The notes: generated from the sequence alone by a model not told the origin. Counted from the stretch's first letter, positions 26,735 through 35,560 are shown. The stretch is DNA of 64,000 bases from Candidatus Nanoarchaeia archaeon (GCA_028706745.1 JAQTVM010000004.1:5137-69136); one strand, 5' to 3'. Numbers and translations are program-made.

Positions 26735-27289
26735 ATGGAGAAAAGTGATATTTCAAGTATTGTCATTAATGCGATAAAAGACGCAAAAACAACCATTGAC
26801 AATTATGATTATTTCAATGACACTGATTCTGAAGGGCTGAATGGCGACATGTTCAAGGCAAAATGCTATCTGGGCTCTTTGGAAAATTATTATGCAGGAA
26901 GCAGGTGCCTTGAAGACGCGCTTTCTTATCTGCACTCATACTATGAGCCGTACATGGCTGAATTTGAAGCGGCAGAAACTCCTGACATGAAAAAGGCAAA
27001 AAGGTTTGTTAATGCCTGCTTATACGGGGCTGCAGTAAGCACGGTAATCACCGCATTTGAGCGCGGATTTTTTCCTGTCGCCCTGGCTATGAGCGCTTTT
27101 TCGCTTGTTTCGCACCTGTATGCAAAGACAAGGGAAATGCAGAGAGCAGGCACTTTGAAGCATCTTAAAATCAATGATTCAGAGGCAAAGACAATAACAA
27201 GGCAGGAGCTTTCTGATGTTCTTGATTCTGAAAAAGAAACAATGCTTGACGCGCTTGCAAAAGACTACACTTTTAAAACAGAAGATTAA
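26735..27289 (+). CDS. hypothetical protein with central hydrophobic hairpin
   Basis: 184-aa ORF. The hydrophobic segment is ACLYGAAVSTVITAFERGFFPVALAMSAFSLVSHL. Confidence 0.5.
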   Translation: MEKSDISSIVINAIKDAKTTIDNYDYFNDTDSEGLNGDMFKAKCYLGSLENYYAGSRCLEDALSYLHSYYEPYMAEFEAAETPDMKKAKRFVNACLYGAAVSTVITAFERGFFPVALAMSAFSLVSHLYAKTREMQRAGTLKHLKINDSEAKTITRQELSDVLDSEKETMLDALAKDYTFKTED

Positions 27290-27315
27290 TAAGGCAATCT
27301 GCCTTTAATATTCGC

Positions 27316-27840
27316 ATGGAAAAAGAGAGTTACCTGAAGCAGCTTGCGCTGAGGGTTCTTGCAGGATTTGCTGTACTGCTCGGGCATAATCTTATCTACG
27401 GCATTATTGCAGTTTTTACCCTGCACTTTTCATACTTCTTTTTCAGCATTTTTGTTCCTTCTGCGCTGATAGGAAACAAGATTGCAACTCTTACCACTAC
27501 ATTTGAGTTTATACCTGCGTGCGTTGCAGTGTCTGCTTATATCCTGCTTGCCCTTCTTGTTTTTTTAACAAAGGGTATCTCGTGGAACGAAAGGCTGCAG
27601 ATGATTGTTTACGGCTGGCTTGCCATACTTGCGTTTAATTTATTGAGGATAGAAATTCTTTTGCTCACATTCTTCAGTCTTGAAACAGCTTATGACACAT
27701 TGCACTTGTTTGTCTGGAAATTCATGTCAACCGTGTTTGTTGTCTTGTTATGGTTAGGGCTTGCAAGGCTTTACAAGGTCAAGGCAATACCTGTATTTTC
27801 TGACATAAAGGCGCTTGCCGGAATGATAAGGAAGAAGTGA
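27316..27840 (+). CDS. exosortase/archaeosortase-family membrane protein (short form)
   Basis: 174-aa polytopic protein. The ordered Cys (FIPACVAVSAY), Arg (AFNLLRIEILLL) and His (LHLFVWKF) correspond to the catalytic triad pattern of the family. Confidence 0.5.
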   Translation: MEKESYLKQLALRVLAGFAVLLGHNLIYGIIAVFTLHFSYFFFSIFVPSALIGNKIATLTTTFEFIPACVAVSAYILLALLVFLTKGISWNERLQMIVYGWLAILAFNLLRIEILLLTFFSLETAYDTLHLFVWKFMSTVFVVLLWLGLARLYKVKAIPVFSDIKALAGMIRKK

Positions 27841-27913
27841 GATTTTAATTAGCATATCGATAATTATATATAGATACATATTTACTATAATAAGCAAGTA
27901 AAGGAGGTTATTT

Positions 27914-28903
27914 ATGAAAAAACTAGGATTATTTATTGTCGTGCTGCTTTTGATGAGCAGTTTTGCCTCTGCCGGTTTCTGGGATTTGATTACCGGAAAA
28001 GTAGTAGATGCAGAAAAAGTAAATCTGAATTTATGCACGCCAAAGATTACGCCTGATGCAACCACGGCCGCCTTGGGCAAAAATGTGTTTGTCCAAGACT
28101 ATAACCGTTTTTCGGGAACAGGAATAACCAGACTGCCTGAGAATCAAGTGCTTGTAGGCGTAAGCGCAACAACACATTATGAAATGGAAGGACAGGAAGT
28201 AATGCTCGAAGGTGAAACAAAAGACATAGCAGGATTAAGAATCAAAGTTGCTGATGTCTATATGCCTTCTGGCAATTATGCACGAAGATGCGCAAGACTT
28301 GAAGTTTCAAGAACACCTGAATCTGTTGTAGTTCAGGGTGTAGCAGTTGATAATGATGCCGGGATGATGATGGCAAACCCCCAGTTGAATTTGCAAGCGC
28401 AGCCTGCAAAACCAAGCCTCATAGCAAGAATCTTCGGCACTAAAACTGTAACAAGGGCGCCTCCGTTAACAAACGTTCCCGGAGGGGCAGCTGCTGCAAC
28501 AAATAAGCCCGGGTCTTCAACTGAAGTTGATCCTGGTGCAGTCGGAATTGCATCCGTTCCAACTGTTGATGCAGGAAGAGCCGCAGGCGTGCTGAAGGAA
28601 TGCAAGCCCATTGATGTAATGGAAGGCGGCAAAAATGGAAATGAAATATGCAGAGGCAATGGATTCCCATTATGCCTGACAGTATTGCAAGAATTTTCAA
28701 CAAAGCACTATGGTTCTAAAGATGCAACATGTAAAGGATTGCAGTACCACACTAGAAGCTCAAGATTGCTTCTTTGCAATGAGGCCATTACTGAACCTTT
28801 TGATGATGGGTGCTACACTGGAAGGGACGCAGAGCCTTCTTTAGAGCCGATTACCGGAGATATGACTGCATTACGCTCATATCAAGTACTTTGCTGCAAG
28901 TAA
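27914..28903 (+). CDS. secreted hypothetical protein with Cys-rich C-terminal domain
   Basis: Signal peptide MKKLGLFIVVLLLMSSFASAG. A Pro/Ala/Gly linker. The C-terminal ~100 aa contain 10 Cys. Confidence 0.6.
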   Translation: MKKLGLFIVVLLLMSSFASAGFWDLITGKVVDAEKVNLNLCTPKITPDATTAALGKNVFVQDYNRFSGTGITRLPENQVLVGVSATTHYEMEGQEVMLEGETKDIAGLRIKVADVYMPSGNYARRCARLEVSRTPESVVVQGVAVDNDAGMMMANPQLNLQAQPAKPSLIARIFGTKTVTRAPPLTNVPGGAAAATNKPGSSTEVDPGAVGIASVPTVDAGRAAGVLKECKPIDVMEGGKNGNEICRGNGFPLCLTVLQEFSTKHYGSKDATCKGLQYHTRSSRLLLCNEAITEPFDDGCYTGRDAEPSLEPITGDMTALRSYQVLCCK

Positions 28904-28910
28904 ATCGGCG

Positions 28911-28947
28911 TTTCTTTTTTTTCTTTTTTTAATTCTTTTTCTTCTTT
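28911..28947 (+). terminator. oligo-T tract terminator candidate
   Basis: tttcttttttttctttttttaattctttttcttcttt directly after the stop codon. Confidence 0.4.
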
Positions 28948-29086
28948 GATTTAATGCCGGCACTCTGCGAGCTTGCGAGTGGAGTTCGGAATGGAGCGCA
29001 GCGGAATGACAGAAGGCTGGCTTTCTGTTTTGGCTTTAATGGGCATTTAGCAATCTTTAAATAAGGCAAAACCTCTTATTTTACCC

Positions 29087-30583
29087 ATGGCAGACGGGCT
29101 TTTCGGGCTATTCAAAAAACAGAAGAAGTCCAAAGAGGAAATTGAAAAGGAGAAGAAGGAGAAGGCAAACGAAGAGCTTGAAAAAGCCTATAAGGAAAAT
29201 CCGCTTATACAATACAAGCCCCTTGCACCGAAATTCGCAAAAGACAAATACGAGCTAGTTGTCGAGAGCATGGGCTCCGGGCTTGAAAAATATTATTTCT
29301 GGGTTCTTAAGTTCATGCGCGAGCCGTTTCCGTCAGGGCTTGGCTTTGACAATGTTGAAAAAATAAGGGACTTGTTTGACGCTTCTGTCACAAGCAGCTT
29401 TCACGGGCACGTGGGAAGCAAGATGTCTGCAATGCAGCAGCAGGCTCAGCAGTACCTTGCACTTATAGCCCAGCTCGTGAAAACCCTTTTCCCCATAGTA
29501 AGGGAATTAAGGATTTCAGATGAAAGATTGCAATACTATGAAGACAGCCTGAAAGGAAACGAGAGCGCTGAGATTGCACTGAAATCAATATGGGTTGAGA
29601 TGGTTGAAAAGGGGATGGAAAACCCGAATTCAGTTTACGGGCTTTCAACAAAGGTTGGATTTCTTTCCCTGCCTGACTTGTTTTTCAGCATGAACCCGAA
29701 GGACGGGCTTAAGGGAGTTGATGCTGCGATAAAATCAGCAAAGCAGAACGGCGTGAATGACAAAGTTGCCAATGTGCTTGCAAAAAAGCTGTATTCTTAC
29801 TACGACTGGAAGGATAAAACATACAAGGAGATGCAGCATACAAGGCAGTTCAAGGTTTCTTATCTCAGGCAGCATTACAATTCAATAAGATTGTACATGA
29901 ACTGGGTGCGCCCTTATCTTCAGAACATAAGGCAGCTTCAGATGAAAGGAAACATGAATGACGCTGACATTGTAAATGCGTTTGAGACAAGCAAGATTTA
30001 TGTCGAGCTCATGGCGCAGAAAAAAGGCGGGTATGAATCAAAAAAAGAGGGATTTACCGCATATTATCCTGTTGTGCTTGTTAAAATGACGCACGTGACA
30101 AGACCTGACCTGACTTACACGCCGCAGGGGCAGAAGCAGCCCACCCATGTCGGAAAAGTGCAGGTTGAAATCTCCTCTTATGCAGTCACTCAGCCGCAGA
30201 TTGAAGCTTACAAGGGAAACAAGGACCAGGAAGATGTTGAGCTTCTTGCCTCTGTTGACGCGACTATGATGGCAATCAAGGATGACCTGAAGAAATACCT
30301 CGGCGACATGGGCGAGAAATTCGCAGAGGACAAGAAAAAGGAAGAAAAAAAGCTTGACGACAGCATAATAGGCATATTTAAGGATTTGTTTTCCGGATTC
30401 AAGGACATATTTATGTTATTCAAGCCTGAAAAGAAAGGCGAAGGTTTTTTCAGCTCAAAGAGCAAGAAGACGGCAAAGGAAGAAGAGGAGCAGAAGGAAA
30501 AAGCCAAGAAGTACGCAGTTGACATGGCTGCGATAATGTATGATGTTTTCAAGAAAGTAAACAGGATGTATAGCACTGTGTGA
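29087..30583 (+). CDS. hypothetical protein
   Basis: 498-aa ORF with Lys/Glu-rich termini. No catalytic motif recognised. Confidence 0.6.
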   Translation: MADGLFGLFKKQKKSKEEIEKEKKEKANEELEKAYKENPLIQYKPLAPKFAKDKYELVVESMGSGLEKYYFWVLKFMREPFPSGLGFDNVEKIRDLFDASVTSSFHGHVGSKMSAMQQQAQQYLALIAQLVKTLFPIVRELRISDERLQYYEDSLKGNESAEIALKSIWVEMVEKGMENPNSVYGLSTKVGFLSLPDLFFSMNPKDGLKGVDAAIKSAKQNGVNDKVANVLAKKLYSYYDWKDKTYKEMQHTRQFKVSYLRQHYNSIRLYMNWVRPYLQNIRQLQMKGNMNDADIVNAFETSKIYVELMAQKKGGYESKKEGFTAYYPVVLVKMTHVTRPDLTYTPQGQKQPTHVGKVQVEISSYAVTQPQIEAYKGNKDQEDVELLASVDATMMAIKDDLKKYLGDMGEKFAEDKKKEEKKLDDSIIGIFKDLFSGFKDIFMLFKPEKKGEGFFSSKSKKTAKEEEEQKEKAKKYAVDMAAIMYDVFKKVNRMYSTV

Positions 30584-30593
30584 GGTGATTTTA

Positions 30594-30824
30594 ATGTCAA
30601 AACGAATAGAAGACATGATAAGGACAAAGCAGCTTGGCGATGTGTCAAGGTCTGACATGCTCAGGTTTTTTCGCGATGACGGATATTATGAAGCAGGCGG
30701 AAAAGGCGGGCACACAAAGCTTGTGCGTGATGCGCCTGTGCACAATGTGATTGTTCTTCCAAGCGGAAAGATTTTGAGAAAAGACCAGGTAAGGTATATC
30801 CTTAAAGAAGGGCATTATCTTTAA
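30594..30824 (+). CDS. hicA: HicA-like mRNA interferase toxin
   Basis: A GAGGTGA SD lies upstream. GGKGGHTKLVRD...VIVLPSGKILRKDQVRYILKE matches the HicA pattern (G-S/G-H ... h..k.l..g). Confidence 0.6.
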   Translation: MSKRIEDMIRTKQLGDVSRSDMLRFFRDDGYYEAGGKGGHTKLVRDAPVHNVIVLPSGKILRKDQVRYILKEGHYL

Positions 30825-31366
30825 TGCGGGTGATGAATTTTTTGAAAAAGCTTCTGCCACCACTTCCTGTCGTCGTGATATTCGTAAATAAGCTCCATTG
30901 GTATATTCCATCTTGAAAGATTGCGGTGAAGCATTTTTTCTATTATTTCCTTGTTTGGATATGGCCTTACAATAATTCTTCTCATATAATCCCTTGCATC
31001 AACTTTGTATGAATGCAGCTTTTCCTTTTCAATGACTTTTGCAAGCTCTTCATCATCGATTATTATGTCTTTTTCAGTTCTCGTGACTGAGTAGCCTATC
31101 TTTTCATCAAAGCAGAATGCGCCTGTGATTAATGCGGTTTTTTCCTGCCTGAAATAAGTTTTATATGACGGCTCAATATCCGGAATAAGGCTGTCAAGGA
31201 ATGCGTTTAGCTCGTCTGCCTTGTATAAAGGCTCATTTGGCGCAATGTAAAAGTCAATCCTGCGGGGCCAGCTCATGCAGATATCTATCGGAATGTTTTC
31301 TTCCTCAACGTGCGTTATTGCTGCTTTCTCTTCAAGCGTCTGCCTTATGACTGAAAGCCTGCTCAT
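30821..31366 (-). CDS. hypothetical protein
   Basis: 181-aa ORF, convergent with hicA with a 4-nt overlap. Confidence 0.55.
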   Translation of the reverse strand: MSRLSVIRQTLEEKAAITHVEEENIPIDICMSWPRRIDFYIAPNEPLYKADELNAFLDSLIPDIEPSYKTYFRQEKTALITGAFCFDEKIGYSVTRTEKDIIIDDEELAKVIEKEKLHSYKVDARDYMRRIIVRPYPNKEIIEKMLHRNLSRWNIPMELIYEYHDDRKWWQKLFQKIHHPH

Positions 31367-31417
31367 AATATCCTTATTACCGCTTTATTTATATAGTTTT
31401 ATGCCGGATTATATGCT

Positions 31418-31987
31418 ATGGCTCCATTGCTTTCAGCGAATGAAGAAGAAATCCCGTTTGACATTAATGAGGATGAGATACTTGCAAAGCCGCTTGATGA
31501 TGCAAAGCCGTCAAAACTAAAAAAGGCAGCTGCGGCTTTTGCAGCTTTCCTGCTTTTCTTTCTGATTGTCAGCTATTCAGTTGCATTCCTTGGAATGGAT
31601 TCAATTCCCGGACTGATAAAGAGCAGGCAGATGGATGTTTACGGCATACCGCTTGGAGATTCAATGCTTGTATTCTCTGAAGGTATTTATGATGAGATTG
31701 TATCTTATGCAAATGAGAACGAAGGTGTTGAGACAAAATTCTGCCTGATGGGTGAAAGGAAAGATGGTATTATTACTGTCACATCTCTTTTCAAGCCGCT
31801 GATAATTGCGCAGGATTTTAAGTCAGTAACTTCCAAGCCCTGCCCTGAGGGCACGATTGTTTCAGTGCACACTCATCCTTTACTGCACTGCACGCCTTCG
31901 ATTCAGGATTACAGGGCTCTGCACTCTTCTCAAGATTCAGAATACAATGCAGTGATGTGCGAGAGAGGAAGATTTTATTTCTACTAA
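31418..31987 (+). CDS. membrane-anchored JAB/MPN+ (JAMM) metallopeptidase
   Basis: One TM helix (AAAAFAAFLLFFLIVSYSVAFLG). The soluble domain has E (CLMGERKDG) and HTHPLLHCTPSIQD, an exact H-x-H-x7-S-x2-D motif. Confidence 0.65.
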   Translation: MAPLLSANEEEIPFDINEDEILAKPLDDAKPSKLKKAAAAFAAFLLFFLIVSYSVAFLGMDSIPGLIKSRQMDVYGIPLGDSMLVFSEGIYDEIVSYANENEGVETKFCLMGERKDGIITVTSLFKPLIIAQDFKSVTSKPCPEGTIVSVHTHPLLHCTPSIQDYRALHSSQDSEYNAVMCERGRFYFY

Positions 31988-32376
31988 ATTCCTAATTCTG
32001 CCTTTGCTTCTTCGAGCATTTTATCCGCTTTCTCAAAAAGCCATTTTTGGCTATGCTGAAACCTGAAATACATATCGTCAAGCCCAAGCTGATTCCTTAT
32101 TACAACCATGTCTGCAATTCCGTCGCATCTGTTGTCAGTTATGCTCATGTTTATCTCCGGGCTGTTTATTACAATGAAATCATAGTTTCTTGGCTTGTTG
32201 TGGTGGAACTTTATATATGGCTCTTCCTTGACTATTTCATAGCTTCCGTCAAAATGCTGTGTTATAGTGATTCCCGGCTCTCTTTTTATCTCAAAATCAT
32301 CCCTTGGCTTTATTTCCGGAGAAGCGCATCCTGCGATTAATGCCGCCAATCCCATTGCAACTGCTTTTGATTTCAT
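31984..32376 (-). CDS. hypothetical lipoprotein
   Basis: MKSKAVAMGLAALIAGC is a signal peptide plus lipobox. Confidence 0.55.
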   Translation of the reverse strand: MKSKAVAMGLAALIAGCASPEIKPRDDFEIKREPGITITQHFDGSYEIVKEEPYIKFHHNKPRNYDFIVINSPEINMSITDNRCDGIADMVVIRNQLGLDDMYFRFQHSQKWLFEKADKMLEEAKAELGI

Positions 32377-32477
32377 TTTTTGCCTCCAAATTGTTTCTTT
32401 TCGTTAATTGCAGGTGGTATTTATAGCTTTCGGACTTTGACGATAACTATAAATATACTGCAATATTCTCTCCTTCC

Positions 32478-33872
32478 ATGCTCAAGCTTTACAACACGCT
32501 GACAAGGAAAAAAGAGGATTTCAAGCCCATTAAGCCGGGCGAGGCAGGCCTGTACTGCTGCGGTCCGACTGTTTACAATTATGCTCACATAGGGAATTTA
32601 AGAAGCTACATTTTCGAGGATATCCTGAGAAGAGTTCTGGAATTCAATTCATTTGACGTTAATCAGGTAATGAACATCACAGATGTCGGGCATCTTGCTT
32701 CTGACGCTGATGAAGGCGAGGACAAGCTGATGAAAGCCCTTGTGCGTGAGGGAAAGAAGCCTTCTGTTGAGGCAATGAAAGAGCTTGCAAGGATGTATGA
32801 GGATGCTTTCAAGAAAGATATTAAAATGCTTAACATAGCAGAGCCGTCTGTTTGGTGCAGGGCAACAGAGCATATATCTGACATGATTGAGCTGATAAAA
32901 CGTATTGACAAGAACGGCTATGCATACAAAACAACAGGCGGATTGGTTTTTGACACTTCCAAGTTCAAGCACTACGCTGAATTGGGAAAGCTGAAGCTTG
33001 AAGAGCTGAAAGCTGGCGCAAGAATTGCCTTGGATGAAGAAAAGAAAAATCCGTCTGATTTTGCATTGTGGATTACGAACCAGCCAAACCATCTGATGCA
33101 GTGGGAAAGCCCTTTTGGAAAAGGATTTCCGGGTTGGCACATTGAATGTTCTGCAATGTCAATAAAATATCTCGGCGAGCAGTTTGACATACACTGCGGA
33201 GGCATTGACCATATTCCTGTTCATCACACGAATGAGATTGCGCAAAGCGAGGCTGCAACAGGAAAGCATCCGTGGGTAAATTACTGGCTTCACGGCGAGT
33301 TTTTGATTATGGAAAAGGGAAAGATGTCAAAGTCTTCAGGGGAATTTCTTACATTGCAGGTTTTGATGGAAAAGGGATATGAACCCTTGGTTTACAGGTA
33401 TTTTTGCCTTGGCGCGCATTACAGGCAGCAGCTGACTTTCTCGTTTGAAGCGCTGGAAGCTGCGAAAAACGCTTATGAAAAATTAAAGGCGCGCGTGATT
33501 GAGCTTAAGCAGAAAGGCGAGAAAGGCGGTGTTGATGATGTCGGTTATTTATCAAGATTCACAGAGGCAGTCAATGATGACTTGAACACTCCAAAGGCGC
33601 TTGCCTTGATGTGGGACATGCTTAAGGATGAGGATGTCGGGAATAAATTTTCTCTGCTATTGGAATTTGACAGGGTTCTTGGCTTGGGGATAAATGAGAT
33701 GAAGAAGAAAGCGCTTGAAGTGCCTGAGGAAGTTACTTATCTTATGGCGCACAGGAAGGACGCAAGAAAGAAGAAGGACTGGAAGCTTGCGGATGAGATA
33801 AGGGACAAGATAAAGGCGAAAGGATTTTTGGTTCTGGACACGCCCGAAGGGCAGAAAGTGGAAGCTGCTTAA
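32478..33872 (+). CDS. cysS: cysteine--tRNA ligase
   Basis: Class I motifs HIGN (YNYAHIGNLRSY) and KMSKS (GKMSKSSGEF), plus WHIECSAM. Confidence 0.92.
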   Translation: MLKLYNTLTRKKEDFKPIKPGEAGLYCCGPTVYNYAHIGNLRSYIFEDILRRVLEFNSFDVNQVMNITDVGHLASDADEGEDKLMKALVREGKKPSVEAMKELARMYEDAFKKDIKMLNIAEPSVWCRATEHISDMIELIKRIDKNGYAYKTTGGLVFDTSKFKHYAELGKLKLEELKAGARIALDEEKKNPSDFALWITNQPNHLMQWESPFGKGFPGWHIECSAMSIKYLGEQFDIHCGGIDHIPVHHTNEIAQSEAATGKHPWVNYWLHGEFLIMEKGKMSKSSGEFLTLQVLMEKGYEPLVYRYFCLGAHYRQQLTFSFEALEAAKNAYEKLKARVIELKQKGEKGGVDDVGYLSRFTEAVNDDLNTPKALALMWDMLKDEDVGNKFSLLLEFDRVLGLGINEMKKKALEVPEEVTYLMAHRKDARKKKDWKLADEIRDKIKAKGFLVLDTPEGQKVEAA

Positions 33873-34693
33873 CGGCTCTGTCCTAAAAGTCCACTGAACC
33901 AAAAAGAAAAGAGGTTATGGGCGGCTAATCTACCGTAAATCTCGGTGCGGATTGTCCGCACCGTTTTGGCTGAAACACTCATGCCAAATTTACGTTTGAT
34001 ACTTCCAAAACCTGCTTCGATAAGCTCTCGCCTATGATATGTTCTTATTCTAAACTTCTTGTGCATTTTTCTGCGGGCATATCCTCTCCTAATATTCTTC
34101 TTCTTGGGTATCATCAAGAGCATATTCTGCTCTTCCGCAAAACGATAAAGCTTTTCAGCATTATATTCCTTATCTGCAACAGCAATTTTCGGCTGCGCAT
34201 GTTGCAAGAGATATTGTGCATCCCTAATATCATGCGCAGGCAAAACTCTTATTTTTGCAGCGCAAAATTTCTTTTTACGCGTATCAAACGCCGCACTTAA
34301 TTTGACAGGGACTTTAGGCATTTTCCCGTCGATGCGCCGCAAATAATGATAACTCGGATTGGTTCTGGAAAATCCTGTGCTATCAAGAGCGACTAAATAG
34401 CTAATTCCACTTGTTATTTTGAGTATCCGCATCCATAAACCAGAACCAAGCTTCTTTGCAGTATACTGCAAAGCAGATTTGCTAGGACAATCATGCCCTA
34501 ATAATTCCATAGCAACTACTAGACGCCTATATGATAAATGGGCATAATAGCCAAAGAGCAGGGCTTGTAAATGCTCTCGAAATTCATATTTCTTTGGACC
34601 ATAGCGGTGTAACCATCTTGGCATGCCTAGGCGTTTTACCAAACGCTTAACTATTTTAATCAGTTTTGTTTCTTTGCTCATGGTGGAGCTCAT
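33869..34693 (-). CDS. DDE transposase (IS5-like)
   Basis: ALDSTGFS, VADKEYNAEKL and RELIEAGFGSIKRKFG correspond to the D, D, E regions of IS5-type transposases. The ORF runs through the IR and stops in flanking DNA. Confidence 0.8.
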   Translation of the reverse strand: MSSTMSKETKLIKIVKRLVKRLGMPRWLHRYGPKKYEFREHLQALLFGYYAHLSYRRLVVAMELLGHDCPSKSALQYTAKKLGSGLWMRILKITSGISYLVALDSTGFSRTNPSYHYLRRIDGKMPKVPVKLSAAFDTRKKKFCAAKIRVLPAHDIRDAQYLLQHAQPKIAVADKEYNAEKLYRFAEEQNMLLMIPKKKNIRRGYARRKMHKKFRIRTYHRRELIEAGFGSIKRKFGMSVSAKTVRTIRTEIYGRLAAHNLFSFWFSGLLGQSR

Positions 34694-34785
34694 CCTCCAC
34701 CCTGTGCCTCTTCAGGGTAATACCCTAAGAGGCATTGTTTTTATTAAAAGTTTCTACTGCCTTTATTGAGACTTAGGACAGAGCT
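33874..34785 (-). mobile_element. IS element (IS4/IS5-superfamily DDE transposase), ~912 bp, with terminal inverted repeats and 9-bp target duplication
   Basis: IRL is GCTCTGTCCTAAAAGTC (33875-33891). IRR is GACTTAGGACAGAGC (34770-34784). Direct repeat CTGCTTAAC occurs at 33865-33873 and 34786-34794. Confidence 0.75.
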
Positions 34786-34859
34786 CTGCTTAACGATAAG
34801 CTTTTATATTCCTGCTCCATTTCATCTCTGCTTCGGAAGGGGCTGAATGGAGGGGTAAA

Positions 34860-35408
34860 ATGAAGAAAATATTAGCATTGGTTTTAGTGCTATTGGTCGC
34901 GCTGCCCATGACACTGGCTTTGACAAGGGCAGATATAACTAATTTTGGAAAAGTTACAAAGGTATCTCCGTTTGCAACAAGTTCTTCGACTTTATCTGCA
35001 AACTTTGCGCAGAAGCTTTTTGCAGACAGGCTCAGGGAAATATCAAGTGCAAGGGTAAGGATTCCGCCCGAACCCTGCGTGAAGGCGGCAACTCCTGAGA
35101 CATTCAACACATTAGTGCTTGAAAGCGATTTGCCTGTTGTAGTTGACTTCTGGGCGCCTTGGTGCGGATGGTGCACAAGATTTAAGCCGGTGTTTGACCA
35201 GGCTTGCAATGAATACAAGGGCAGGATAAACTTTGTCACATACAATACAGACCTTGACGAGGGCGTCTGGGAAAGGTATGGGATAAGGGGAATCCCGCTT
35301 CAGATAATGTTTAATGAAGGTTCTGAAGTTGCCAGAAACAGCGGCTTTGTGGGGATAGAAATATTCAGGGGCTGGCTTAACGGCGTCCTGAGAAATCTTG
35401 GGATGTAA
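34860..35408 (+). CDS. exported thioredoxin-fold protein
   Basis: Signal peptide MKKILALVLVLLVALPMTLA. Thioredoxin core VVVDFWAPWCGWCTRFKP with a CGWC active site. Confidence 0.8.
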   Translation: MKKILALVLVLLVALPMTLALTRADITNFGKVTKVSPFATSSSTLSANFAQKLFADRLREISSARVRIPPEPCVKAATPETFNTLVLESDLPVVVDFWAPWCGWCTRFKPVFDQACNEYKGRINFVTYNTDLDEGVWERYGIRGIPLQIMFNEGSEVARNSGFVGIEIFRGWLNGVLRNLGM

Positions 35409-35412
35409 ATCC

Positions 35413-35448
35413 CTTTTTTCTTTATTTTTCTTTTTTCTATCCTTATTT
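35413..35448 (+). terminator. oligo-T tract terminator candidate
   Basis: cttttttctttatttttcttttttctatccttattt after the stop codon. Confidence 0.4.
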
Positions 35449-35508
35449 GAAAACCTTTCAATAATTTTGTACAATTTTTGTGTTTCTTGAAACTTTTACG
35501 GCAATGTA

Positions 35509-35560
35509 GGAAAAAGGAGCAATTTTCCGGACGAAAAATTATATATTACTTCTGCATAAC
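35509..35560 (+). promoter_or_regulatory. shared promoter module, copy A (palindrome plus TATA) upstream of PIN gene
   Basis: ggaaaaaggagcaattttccggacgaaaaattatatattacttctgcataac is the reverse complement of the blocks at 42791 and 53505. The TATA box lies ~25 nt from the ATG. Confidence 0.5.

Noticed and set aside
28904-29086. Possible tRNA or 5S rRNA in the GC-rich spacer
   Set aside because: I could not fold a cloverleaf or find 5S-like conserved loops. It is kept only as a repeat/sRNA-family observation.
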